Shown piece by piece: positions 52,501 through 64,000 of a stretch of 64,000 nucleotides of DNA. The notes below the pieces were generated by a model, which was given only the letters and a program-made list of their open reading frames with translations, was not told where the DNA came from and did no database searches. Both the position numbers and the translations under genes were made by a program. The first letter of the stretch is position 1. Each line of letters starts with the position of its first letter. Source of the stretch: Ylistrum balloti. Its lineage: Eukaryota. The stretch lies in the NCBI RefSeq assembly GCF_031769215.1, contig NW_026782845.1, forward strand, positions 186,001-250,000. The letters run 5' to 3'.

Positions 52501-55500
52501 TTATATTAGAAGCCAGGATCATTTTGATGTCATAAAGGATGACATGTGTGTCATGATAGGGCCCTTCTTCAACATTGGATGTATCACTGGTATAATTGAT
52601 ACAATCAACACTACCAGAAATGCTCAGTGTCATGTTTAGGGTCCTCTTTCAACATTGAATTTAGAGCTGAGACCATCTTTTATGAAGAAATATGAGTCTA
52701 AATATTCTGGATTCCCTTTTCCATGTTATTTATGAAAATGAAATATCTTCTAAAGATGATTTATTTCTTTTGGGATATCAATATTACCACGCTTTAACCC
52801 ACGGATCAAGACAAATCTAAGGTAGTTACAGAGTCGGGGCACTTGTTCCAGTTGATATTACTTGACAGTTTGTGGTTATAGTGTTGGGATATCAACTTTT
52901 ATTTGACGAATTGACACCCGAGCTAGGACCCCTGGGACGAGGGATAATTCCGTGTGCAATTCTTCAGAATCCTACTCCTCCTGTAGTAATGATTAGATTT
53001 TGACGATTGGTTTCGGACCCCAAGGACGGGAGGGGTGGGCCCAATAGAGGAAATGCCTGGATTCTATCCTTAGTTGGTCTGAAGCATGCGTGGATGAAGG
53101 GAAATCAATTCTCTATAAACGTTGGGCATCGGCCATCTGGGGCGAGAGGGGCGGGGCCAAATAAGGAAAACAAATTCTTAAAACCTGTTGGAATAATTTA
53201 GTTTTGCCCAAATTTTATCTGAAGCATTTTCGGATGAATAGAATTTGATTTTGTACATCTGAAACACCGGGATCTGAACAGTTTGATTTGACCCCCGGGC
53301 TATGAGCCCTGGAACTAGGGATCTTCTTTAAGTTACTTATCTATCCATCTTACACTTACCCCCAAAAAGTTTTATGTACCTAATGTAGTCTAAGGACGAG
53401 GATATCGTCTGTATCAATGCTTTGACTATCGGGCTAACACTCCAGAGTCAATGCTTATTTCAGGTTTGCGTTTGGCTCTCAACAACCATCAACGCCACCC
53501 ACCACCCACCCCACCCTCTTCCCGCCCGCTCGTCACTCCATCATTCAACCCTCCCGCACTACCCTTCCCGACAAAAATCATGTAAGTTACGTGCACTGAT
53601 CAAAGTTAAATTCATCGCATAGAAAATAGCTTTTCGCACATTTATCTCAAATATATTTTCAAAATTTTCAAAGATTCCACCACTCCATAACTTATCTTCC
53701 ACTGAACCCATCTCTACTTTCTTAACAATTGTGCTTGCTTATGTTGGATTGATCTTAAGTTAAAATGCCAATTTAAATCGAAGTTACTATGTCTTTCAAT
53801 GGGAAACTCATTTTGACACAATATCTGCTCAGTAACTGGACTTCCTATGGACTGTTTATTGATCTCATGAATTATTTATTAAAAAATTACACCATAATCC
53901 CTTGACATGCAACAGACTGGCAGGGAGGAGAGCGGTAAGCCTCATCCAGCAATACCTTGTTGTGATAACGTTCGACGGGGGCTGGTCTTTTTACCACAAG
54001 AACTCGTTTTGTTATGTATTTATATTAGTTCATATTAACTTATGTTTCCTTCATTATTAGTTGACATGTAAGCCACTTTTGAAGCCTGCTTGCCAAAGGC
54101 TACACATATTCATAAATAAATCGTCGTATCAAGGTCACTATTACCATATATAGGAGATCGGTTTTCATGCGATAACTTTATAGTTTTCTTCGGACAATTA
54201 CCCTCAAATGTCATGCAGTGATTCCTTACCAAAGGGCTTGCTTAAGGTTGCTCTTCAGGTTTGAAGGTCAAAGGTCAATGTCACTGTTACTATAAATAGA
54301 AAAATTGTTTTCGTACAATAACGTCACCAAAGGTACTTGCTTGTGATTGATTTTCGTATCCGAAGGTCAAGGTCATTGTAGCTACAAAAAGGAAATTGAT
54401 TTTGTGTAATTACTTGATCTTTTTCTTTGGACAATTAGACTCAAACTTCATACATTGCTTCTTAACCTAAGGAACTTTTTGGAGATTGCTTTACAGGTGG
54501 GTTGTCCCTGTTCCTGTCATATTTGGAGCAAATCAACACTTTTTTTTTTATGAAATTCTAATTCTGCGCGTAATTGTAATATACGAGTCTATCCATTGGA
54601 TTCAGTTCGCTTCGACGTCATACATCTCATCTGTAACTCATCACATCTCTAACAAATGGACAAGCTATATGAATGGAATAAATACAATGAATATCTACGT
54701 CTATTGTTCCATAAAACACATCTCCAGAAACCTTGCTGGGCAAGGGGAATTACTGTTTATTTGTAAATTATTTCAATATAAATGTGTGTCTTGATAAAAT
54801 GAGCTAGGTCTTGACAATATGACAAAGACAAATTTGACGTTACGTATAGCCGTGTTCAGGTATGTTATACGCATTCAACAAACATCTGCTAGGTCAGACA
54901 CTGTGCCCTTGTTAGGATTTACAGTGCTTTTCACTGACTAGACATTACCTCAGATTCAGGCGACCCGTAAACTGAAACTCTCCAGGATAGACTTCGTGTA
55001 GATTCCATGGCACGTATCTGAAGGTACAGAAAACACGGATAGGAGAACAATGCTGTAACTCTGCCTTAAAACCAAAGCAAAACAGCAGAGTAGAAACGAC
55101 AGAAATGCATGGATGATTTCCAAGTGCAGGAGTAGTAAAATACATTCAGGAAGAATAAGTTTCTTCTGCTTCATGGACGAAACCCTATCAGTGTGCGGTT
55201 ATACTGGTATATATACCCTATCCGGGTGCGGTTACACACGTATAAACCCTATCCGGGTGCGGTTACACTCGTATAAACCCTATCCGGGTGCGGTTACACA
55301 CGTATAAACTCTATCCGGGTGCGGTTACACACGTATAAACCCTATCCGGGTGCGGTTACACTCGTATAAACCCTATCCGGGTGCGCTTACATGGACGAAA
55401 CCCGCCATGTAGAAACAAAACAATGTCATAATATGAGTGTGCGGTTTCACTCGTATAAACCCTATCCGGGTGCGGTTACACTCGTATAACAAACTGGTGT

Positions 55501-56228
55501 TGTTGTGTCCCTGTATTTTGCATAAACCCTATTCCAGTTGCTTTCGATACCATGTGTCATGTCTCGCAAATGCTGTAACGATTCAGCAACAACCAGTTAC
55601 TGCAAGGTGACCCCCCCCCGCCCCCCGAACACAAAACGACCCTGACTGTTTAGGAGGCTATAACTATGGAAACAAAATATCTATGTACTCTTCTGTATAT
55701 TTGAATTTATATGTAATTGTGGATGTTCATCTAGTTTCATTACCCGGATAGATAATGAAACTGTGATTTATAGCGTGAGGAACGTTTATAGGAAAATTAC
55801 TACCGGTCACTATTTTCACGCGTCTTAATATTTCACGGATCAAATTTTCGCGATCATAAAAATGACCCGCGAAAATAATTGGCTATACTGTAGTTAATTA
55901 TGTCCTGTCGTCCATGTACTTACACAGTTACAGTGTTCAAACCACAGGCTTTCAGCTGCTTCAATCGTTCATGCCAATACTCTGGTAAAATTCGAAAATA
56001 ATGGATGCTTCCTCCGAGGAGTTGGAAAGGTTTCCCATTGAGATAAAACTGTCTTTTGGAAAAAGTCAAACTGGAATTACTAACATATGGAATACCAGGT
56101 GGAGAGCGGGTCGTCATTGGGTGTTCAGTAGGCACGAGGAAACGTCTGTGTGGTACATCCTGATCGCCTATATCACTTCGAACACAAATTATTGACACTA
56201 AACCGAACAAAGCAAGATATAAATCCAT
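36676..56228 (-). CDS. GH35 beta-galactosidase (GLB1L2/3-like), about 670 aa, 18 coding exons: 55924..56228, 54949..55017, 51119..51214, 49838..49946, 49056..49148, 48473..48569, 47847..48005, 46326..46466, 45707..45799, 44769..44819, 43600..43661, 43067..43219, 42228..42317, 41693..41780, 39865..39952, 38700..38817, 37373..37489, 36676..36759
   Basis: All junctions are GT-AG with matching phases and sum to 2013 nt. Motifs [42 protein letters not shown] (acid/base Glu), [13 protein letters not shown] (nucleophile Glu), [21 protein letters not shown] and NGFNLGRYW. The N-terminus is hydrophobic and signal-peptide-like. Confidence 0.95.
39101..39180 (+). repeat. Dispersed repeat (TAAGGGCCTA... 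family), copy 2
   Basis: Homologous to 14332..14412. Confidence 0.7.
40104..40210 (-). pseudogene. Degenerate duplicate of beta-galactosidase exon 14 (pseudo-exon)
   Basis: Acceptor ttgactag is followed by [25 protein letters not shown], versus the real exon [16 protein letters not shown]. About 30 nt of upstream intron were also copied. Confidence 0.75.
40211..41394. mobile_element. Tc1/mariner-like non-autonomous element with TIRs and TA flanks
   Basis: TA|cagtcgaaactcgtcatctcgaa ... ttcgagacaacgagtttcaactg|TA. Confidence 0.6.
45488..45695. mobile_element. Foldback MITE, 208 bp, about 70-bp TIRs, CTG target-site duplication (PIF/Harbinger-like)
   Basis: Left arm gccccacttgtataaaacatctcaacttgagatttcc... 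versus the reverse complement of the right arm: 4 mismatches in about 70 nt. CTG lies on both sides. Confidence 0.85.
49215..49481. other. Assembly gap (267 N)
   Basis: Run of N inside beta-galactosidase intron 4. No exon is missing from the spliced CDS. Confidence 1.
49503..49560. repeat. (GAT)n microsatellite
   Basis: Roughly 19 consecutive GAT/ATG units next to the gap. Confidence 0.95.
50810..50897. repeat. Nested inverted repeat (hairpin) element
   Basis: atttgaaaagaataaaat...cgacaaatgtat pairs with atacatttgtcg...attttattcttttcaaat. Confidence 0.85.
55172..55490. repeat. 31-bp tandem repeat (ATAAACCCTATCCGGGTGCGGTTACAC(A/T)CGT)
   Basis: About 7 units plus about 1.5 more after an interruption. 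The main block is bounded by the direct repeat CATGGACGAAACCC. Confidence 0.9.
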
Positions 56229-57439
56229 TATTTCAAGCTTTGTGAAACCTTCCTATTCAAACATTCCGACATCAATCTACATCAAAGCAAATGAAACTCG
56301 CTATAACAGTTATTTACAAAGATGGTATAAGATTACGTAGTTACTTTCAAGATAAGACCAACGATCATTTCATAATCAAATGTAGGTCAAACTCTCCTAT
56401 GACAGCGATCCGTTCTATAAGACAATATTAACTTCAATAACCAAACTTTGACAAAACAATTCTTTATCTTTTGAACTCGCAAGTCAGCTGATATATTACG
56501 TCAGTAATATTTAAGTGTGACCTATGGCACACCGCAGTCAATACATTTACAATTTAGCCCCTTGGAATCATTGACAAGTCCAGGAATGAATGAACAACTG
56601 TATGCTGGTTAGGGGGTTGTGCTTTGTCTCTATCTCACCTAATTTCTTATTACAACGCGATATTAATTTGTGTTCCTTTTATACAATATCCGACTACACT
56701 CTTTATCATTACCATATTTCCTGGCTTAAATCTAGCTGTGTGTTCCTTACATTTACCTTTATTTTTCTTTTTTATTGTTTCGAACAGTTAGAACAAATTT
56801 TTTTAGCCTGTGGTTAGGATGAAAATCACTTGAAATCACTTTTACATATACTGTGCTAAGCATATGTATGCTTCATCTCAAACCGAAATCATAAAACATC
56901 AATTTATTTAAGTAACAAGAAAAAATTTCTACAAGATGATATGGCCAAATTGTTTACTAAATTCTAGTTCAATATTGCGGAGACAGAGTAAAACATTTAC
57001 ACATAATGGATGTAGAATCGAAACAAATATGAACAGGTGTTCTGGAGCGGTAAGCGTCTTCTGCGTCAAGGACGAAACCCCGTTGATGGTCTTTAGTTTC
57101 TTGTTTTAGAAGTTGTATACCCAAAAATAAGATAAAAAATATATGAACTGCAAATAAGTATTTGTACACGTGTATATACACTCTGTCAGGCGATGACGTC
57201 ATTGGGAAGGGACACGTCGCGTTTCTTCGCTTAGCATGGGTAGGCGTGTAATACAAGAACGGCGATTCTACGTTAATTGTCCTGAAGAGACCGGCATTAT
57301 ACAGTTTGAAATGAGAGCAAAATTCCTCCGAAAGTGGAAAGGTATGGGGCATACAAGTGTAGGTGCTCCGCATTACCCAAACAAGTTAATGAGAGTTTAA
57401 GATACCATGACATCATTTTCCTGGATTCGTTTGACTTAC

Positions 57440-57545
57440 CTTTGATTTTTACATAAAGATACAAATGAAATTGGTATGAATTGATTTTGTTTGTTCCTCG
57501 GCGTGTACCGCCAACCTATATCATGACGTCAGAACGTATATAAAT
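57440..57545 (-). promoter_or_regulatory. Putative beta-galactosidase promoter and non-coding first exon
   Basis: Consensus minus-strand donor AG|GTAAGT at 57440/57439, TGACGTCA at 57524..57531 and a TATA-like run at 57537..57544. Confidence 0.4.
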
Positions 57546-58399
57546 AGCACACAAAACGTCAACGCACAAAAACAGATCGATCAGTCGTTGCTGCGCGCTG
57601 AATTCTCTCAATTTCTTGAAGCACTGACAAGTTTACCCATTTTTTTCGGTGTTTTATTTCCTTGATGCTTTCAATCGAGAATGTCATTTTGGCATATGTA
57701 AGCTTTGCTCTTTCCAGACACATGTCTAACTCATATTATGATGCCTTGCGGTGATATATATAAAATATCTAATACTATTTGACAGTATGATGTACTAATT
57801 ACCTGTTATGTACATTTTGTAGGTCCTCTGTACCCTCAAGTCCGTGCGTTATCCTGTGCTAGATATTTCGTGTATAAAACAAGATTTGATGCAACAGAGA
57901 AAAAAATCTTCCGGAAGTGGAGCATAGATGCTGTCTGCACTTCCGGAAGTCAATGTTAATAACAATGTTAATAGCAATTTGATTAACGCAGGCGGAAAGC
58001 GTCTATATCCACATCTGATATTTACATACAACATAGCATCAAAGACTTTGCTTATGAAAAGTACCGATCATATTAATTAAAAATCATACATTATGTTATT
58101 GAATGCTCATCCAATAGATGTTTAAATGTCCTGACAGTTATGCTTTTATAACGCGAACACGTAACCCATTCCATACGTCAATAAACTGACAGTAAAATTT
58201 CTCGTGGGTTTTGCATTACATTGACTTTTTGCAGTTTCAATAACCTCGAATTCTTTCATCTTTCGTTGGTATCAAAGATAAGCGGGTTTCAGGTAACTCT
58301 TTCGTCTAGATGATTTTTAGATATTTTAGACAGTTATGAAACCTCCTATCATTCATCTCTGCTTCAAAGTCGGGACCTGTGGCTTCTGTAGTCGTTCCC

Positions 58400-60300
58400 C
58401 ATCTGATCATTCTTTAAATCCTGGTATTAGCTTGGTGGCTTTTCGCGGTATATTTTCTATCAATTGAATATCTTTTATTTTGTAGGGGTCCCATGCTGCA
58501 TCTTCAATGTGTGGTCTAACCAATGCTTTAAATAATTGTTTCAACATTAGTTTCATCCACGTGTATAAAAGATATTCTGATAAGGCTTTGTTGACGGAAA
58601 TGATCATATGGTTTCGGAAATTTAATCTATCATCAACCATCACACTCAAGTCTTTTTTTCAGTTTCAATATTTTCTAAACTTTTAGTTTCACCATTCTGT
58701 TCTTTCAAATGGTATGTTCTTTCTGTTTGTCCTAATTTTCTCACAAGTAGTGCTTTACATTTATTAGGGTGAAATTATGATAACTTATCATTCGACCATT
58801 TTTGCAGTTGATCCAAATCCTTTTGTTGAATATTTCAGTCGTCCTTATTTTACGTTATAATTTCGTGCAGCAGCAAAAAGGAGACATGTGGATGTAATAC
58901 TCCATGGCAAATCGTTGACATAGACGACAGATAAAATTGGCTCAGTGTACATCCCTGTGGAATACCACCGAGTACATTGCGATTTCTTTTTTTTGATAAC
59001 GAACCATTTACTGTATATGGTCCAATTCCACATTTGTTTAAGCTTGTGTTTGAGGCGAAGATGATGAGGAACCTTATCAAAAGCCTTCGTTAAGTCCATA
59101 TACATATATATATTTGAAAAGAATAAAATCAAAACGACAAATGTATTCCGTTTTCAGGCTTAACGGCCATCTTCAGACGATACATTTATTATAACGTCTT
59201 AGTAACGACATTGTTAACATCGATATTCTCTTCTGAGTCCAACATAACAGTTGTATGATACTGTTTAATTAATTGTTTGGTTCTACTGTATTTCAACCTA
59301 AATTATGAAAAGGTGTCATTCCCTTGTCTTTTGTACAATCCTAGTCCAATCTTCCAGAACCATCAACATCAAGCGACTTGTTGGTCTTCCAGGAATGAAT
59401 CTGAATTGCTAAACGGATTATTTTCCATCAAATATAATACAATTTTATCTTGGATGAGCTTTTCCATTGCCTTTACTAGGATACTTGAGACTTTGGCGAT
59501 TATTCTCTGGGTCCAATTTGGGTCGTTTTGGTATATGGCTATAGTATTAGTGTAACAGAGGTCAAGCTAAAGAGAAGTTCTTTCCAGCCGAGTGGTGTAT
59601 TGCGGGTAGTATTTTACCAGGGTTACACTTCTCTCTAGCCGAGTGGTATATTGCGGCTAGTATTTTACCAGGGTTACATACTCCCCCTCCAGGAAATAAC
59701 TCATCCTCGAGTTTCCAGGGGTTACATTAGCATCTTTCCAAAATTAGTGATAATTTTCCTTCGATGATTTTTTTTAGATATTATTTTCAGATGTTTGCGT
59801 AGGATGTCTTTAAGTTCTTTCAGTGTTTTTGGGTGCATATCATCAAGGCCGCATGATTTCTTACTTTCCAGTTCTAGTAGGTATCTTTTTTATCTGTTGC
59901 TCTTTAGAAAGTGCTTCATGAAAAAGTTGAACGAACTTCGTTTTCAAATTTTGGCATTTCGCCTGGTGGTTCCACCGTGAAGAAGTTTCACTAAAACATC
60001 TGCTTTATCTGCATCGCATGTAGCTACCTGTACCTCGTTCTTATTTAATCTCTTCATTATGTCCCCAAATACCTTACCTTGATTTTCGTTTTTCATTTAT
60101 GTATTTTCAGAAGCACTTTGACCGTTCTTTTAATGTTGTTTGCTATATATCCCCCGAATCCTTCCTTGCTTTCCGTGTCTCCCATTTAACCTGATTTCTA
60201 TACCCCTAGTATTTTTTTTCTGCCTGAAGATTTTGTTTCCATGTATCGAGTCTATGCCCTTTTGTTTCCCTGGTACATTTGTAACATCATCACTTAGTGT
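58400..60300 (-). mobile_element. Decayed CR1/L2-type LINE ORF2 (RT), interrupted by an insertion at about 59100-59700
   Basis: Minus-strand motifs KSCGLDDMHPKTLKEL, DLTKAFDKVPH, GIPQG, VMVDDRLNF and LFKALVRPHIE...IQLIENIPRKATKLIPG, with stops and frameshifts. Confidence 0.85.
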
Positions 60301-60926
60301 AAGTTTTCTTGAATTCTTTGGAGTATTTCTTTTCTTTGGTATAAATATATCCATTCTTCTGAATTCGTTTGACTTACTTAAGATTTTTTTCAGTTATTCA
60401 TGGAATGACGACACAACATATCCTCTAGTACACTAAACGCCACCGAATTAAGCGTTCGGTCACTCGATATACCATAAGGCGTCATATTGTTATAATTTTA
60501 ACCAACATTTCTGTGTTTCATTTTTCTGTATACTTTCATCAACAAAATTTTATTTTTGTATATAAGCTTCGCTCTTTCCATTTGCTCCCTGGCTCATATT
60601 ATTTACAGGTCCGTCCCCGATTTGTGTCTGAACCAGTAAAAAGGACCGACCGCGGTTCGTCCGCATAATCGAACTTGCCGGTAAACAGAAATTATATATA
60701 GTTCACTCTGTTCGTCTAAAGCACTATAATCACGACAAAGCTATTCAGGTTATGTTCATTCAAGTCTTCTGTGCGCTTAACAAGCATGTCATAATGTTTT
60801 TTACATGGAGCATCTTAATAACCTGGGTAAATAACATCATGGACGAAGAAATGGATAACAGAGTTTGTTTACATACACGTGTTCGTAAATTCTGATTGTA
60901 TTTGACGAGTAGGATCGCGAAAAAGA

Positions 60927-63352
60927 ATGACACAATCAATAGTTGTTCAAGGTGAGTCGCTTTGCCCTGAGGAGACGCAACCGATTAATATGGCGCTAAC
61001 TCTACTTCTTTCAGATAATAATAACCAACTGCAACAGGTTGAAGGTTTTGTCATATATGGTTGGCTTCGACAAGAAACGGAGAGAAACATAATCTATAAT
61101 GGAATGAGGAAATTGATGATTTAAAAAAAGATGATATGACAGCTGATAAAGTTTCTGGTAGAAGTATAACCCAATCATAATCCCTTCTTGGATTCCTCCT
61201 TAAGACTCATTTATATAGGAGGTTTTGCAACGAGAGACATTGTCAAATGTCCGCGATCAATGAGTCTCAAATAGGAATAAATTAAATTCATCATTGGTCC
61301 AGGGTCATACAAGATCAGTGTTCACAAACAGCAAGCTTGCTTATACCACTGCTGTTAACTGTATCAATAGTCACTTATTATGACATGGTACTACTACTGC
61401 ATGTGCAGCTGTTGATTTTATACTGATTCTGAAATACAGAACTGAAATACATTCTTTAATTCCTGTTGATATTTTGAATACAGTTAATGAGAATCTGTTG
61501 TGTATTAGTGAGTCTTTTTTTTATATTTCAAATACAGTTAATGAGAATCTGTTGTGTAATAGTGAGTCTTTTTTATATTTCAAATACAGTTAGTGAGATT
61601 CTGTTGTTTGTGATAGCGAGTCTTTTTTATATTTCAAATACAGTTAATGAGATTCTGTTGAATGTGAAAGTGAGACCTTTTTTGTAGTTGGACAGTGTGG
61701 GAATCAGATTGGCTGTAGATTCTGGGACTTGGCATTACGAGAGCATGCAGCTGTTAACAAGGTAGGCACAAACTGATTCATACTCATGATATAGTTTTTT
61801 TTTATACCTTCCATAGTGTACAAAGATATTTTAAATAATTAGAGCTTGTTAAAATCACTGACCAATCATGCATCATTGTGGTGTAGTAAACCTGAAGACA
61901 GTGTTAGTAAATTCAGCCTAAAAACTTGGTTAATCATTGATAATCTATATATTTAAGGACCTAATTAAACTGGTAGACAAAACCATCAATGACTTTTGGG
62001 ACTCAGATATTTGAGTCGAGGACTCCACCTTTCCTGTTGCACTATCTCAAATTTTGAGAACCTACTGTATCTCTTACTATTGGGACTCATCAAGTTTATG
62101 TTCTGGACTCACCTGAAAAAATCTTACGAAAATTTCTGAACCATTGATTATACATTAATGCTGAAATCAGTGACATGACAAATGTTTGCTCATGGAAAAT
62201 ATGCTTCACAATAACTGAGCTTATGTATATAAGGATTTTGAAACAGACATGAAATATATTTTCAATTTTTCATCATTAAGTCTCTGTTTTATTTCTGTCC
62301 TGTATACTTCACCTCTCATCAATTTTCTTTTCTTATCTAATAATAAAGGATAATTTTTCTGATTAAGTGTCATCACTAAATCATCACACATAAAATTTCA
62401 CAGTGCATGATTTAAAAATATATACCATATAATATGAACTTTATTTACTTTTCAACATTTGCGAAACAAGCCATCAGCTTGTATTAATCGTTCTTGTTGG
62501 CCCAGATAGATGCACACTAAGGGTCTTACTGTGGCAGAAAAGGGGATTACCTGGGGAAAACCCACATGGTTGAGCAGGTGACCCATACATACCTTCTTAC
62601 ATCTTTTCCGGGAATCGAACCCTAGACGGTTACGCGAAAGGCGAATGCCGTACCACTGTGCCTCTCAACCACCATATCAAAGAAATGAAAATCTATTCAT
62701 GGAAGGGTTTATGTTTTTCCTATAAAAAGGCATCTTGGTGAGGCGATGTGTCATTTATCAAAAATAGGTTATACTTTGACCTACATTTTGACCTTTGAAC
62801 AAATCAGAGGAAAAGCTTATCAAGGCTCCATCCCTTGCATTACTAGTCACTGGAATCTTTGTGAGACGGTATGTTATGTATCAAAAGTAGATCATTTTGA
62901 CCTACATTTTGGCTTTGACCTCTAGCAAAGAAACATTGCCTTGACTTTATCTCCTACATTACTGTTCGCTGAAACTGTATATTTTGGGTATGCCTTCTCA
63001 TTAGTGAGGCGATGTGTCGTATCTGAAAAGTAAGTTGCACTTACTTACATTGACTGTACATCAAAGGAAAATTTTGTTCGAGCTGTATCTCACACACTAC
63101 TATAGTCACTGAAACTTCTTACTTGGGGCTTGGGTTCACTCACAGTGCATTTTTTACATGCAATTCATATTTGATGGGGGACTAATTTACTGAACTGGCT
63201 TTTATCTTAAAATGCATTTGTTGATATTTCAGAGCGGATTGTATGATGAATCTATTGGAAGTTTTTTTAGAAATGTTGACTCGCGCTATGATGATCCAAC
63301 AGACATCCCATTAGGGACAGGGAGAGGAAAGATCAGGTCGCTGAAAGCCAGG
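60927..63352 (+). CDS. TUBE1: Tubulin epsilon chain, 5' part; exons 60927..60951, 61688..61761, 63233..63352; continues beyond the right edge
   Basis: Spliced translation MTQSIVVQ|VGQCGNQIGCRFWDLALREHAAVNK|SGLYDESIGSFFRNVDSRYDDPTDIPLGTGRGKIRSLKAR is the diagnostic epsilon-tubulin N-terminus. GT-AG junctions. Confidence 0.95.
61476..61665. repeat. 52-54-bp tandem repeat, about 4 units, in TUBE1 intron 1
   Basis: Repeated aatacagttaatgagaatctgttg...gagtcttttttatatttca. Confidence 0.9.
62520..62666 (-). mobile_element. tRNA-derived SINE fragment
   Basis: The minus strand has A-box-like GGCACAGTGGT and B-box GGTTCGATTCC about 30 nt apart, followed by a non-tRNA tail. No cloverleaf forms. Confidence 0.65.
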
Positions 63353-63569
63353 GTAAGTCTACAGTTGTATACTCTCATACAGAATATTTGAATTATTTGA
63401 AGAGTTAGGCCCCTTTGTATCAACATTGTGGGCCTAAATGTTATCAATTTATTTCTAGATTTCAAGGAGGAAACTTTATCAGTATAATTACACAGCTGTG
63501 TATATACTTTAAAGACATTCTTGCTGTAGCTTCCTGTAGCTAAAGTTTGAAAATCTTATTCTCTGGTTG

Positions 63570-64000
63570 AGAGTCTCCTTACCCTTGAGTTGAGAGTCTT
63601 TTTACCTTCGCCTTATCCTGGGGTTGAGAGACTCCTTACCCTAGGGTTGAAAGTCTCTTTTCCCTTGGGTTGAAAGTCTCCTTACCCTTGGGTTGAGAGT
63701 CACCTTACCCTGGGGTTGAAAGTCTCCTTACCCTTGGGTTGAAAGTCTCCTTACCCTGGGGTTGAAAGTCTCCTTACCCTAGGGTTGAAAGTCTCCTTAC
63801 CCTGGGGTTGAAAGTCTCATTACCCTGGGGTTGAAAGTCTCCTTACCCTGGGGTTGAAAGTCTCCTTACCCTGGGGTTGAAAGTCCCCTTACCCTGGGGT
63901 TGGAAGTCTCCTTACCCTTGGGTTGAAAGTCTCCTTACACTTGGGTTGAAAGTCACCTTACCCTCGGGTTGAAAGTCTCCTTACTGTAGGGTTGAAAGTC
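63570..64000. repeat. 23-bp minisatellite (CCTTACCCTGGGGTTGAAAGTCT) in TUBE1 intron 3, running off the window edge
   Basis: More than 15 directly visible units. Confidence 0.95.

Noticed and set aside
62600-62666. Possible tRNA gene
   Set aside because: A and B boxes are present but no acceptor stem or cloverleaf forms; it is better explained as a SINE.
63570-64000. 23-bp repeat containing GAAA-GTC as a possible ribozyme array
   Set aside because: It lacks CUGANGA on either strand and is treated as an ordinary minisatellite.

Overview
AT-rich, intron-rich animal genomic DNA. The repeat landscape and gene content suggest a bivalve mollusc such as an oyster (inference). I hand-spliced six protein-coding genes with GT-AG junctions and consistent phases: MFF (minus, runs off the left edge), the meiotic double-strand-break factor REC114 (6 exons), two tandem paralogous opsins (3 exons each, Schiff-base Lys intact, probably xenopsin-like), an 18-exon GH35 beta-galactosidase (minus) and the first three exons of epsilon-tubulin TUBE1. 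The rest is LINE and Penelope remnants, MITEs, a SINE, minisatellites and one assembly gap. The most striking observation is at 13541-14333: an 18-unit 45-bp satellite whose minus-strand unit is a complete minimal type I hammerhead ribozyme (CUGACGA...GAAA...GUA). It lies upstream of, and on the same strand as, a decayed Penelope-like RT remnant.
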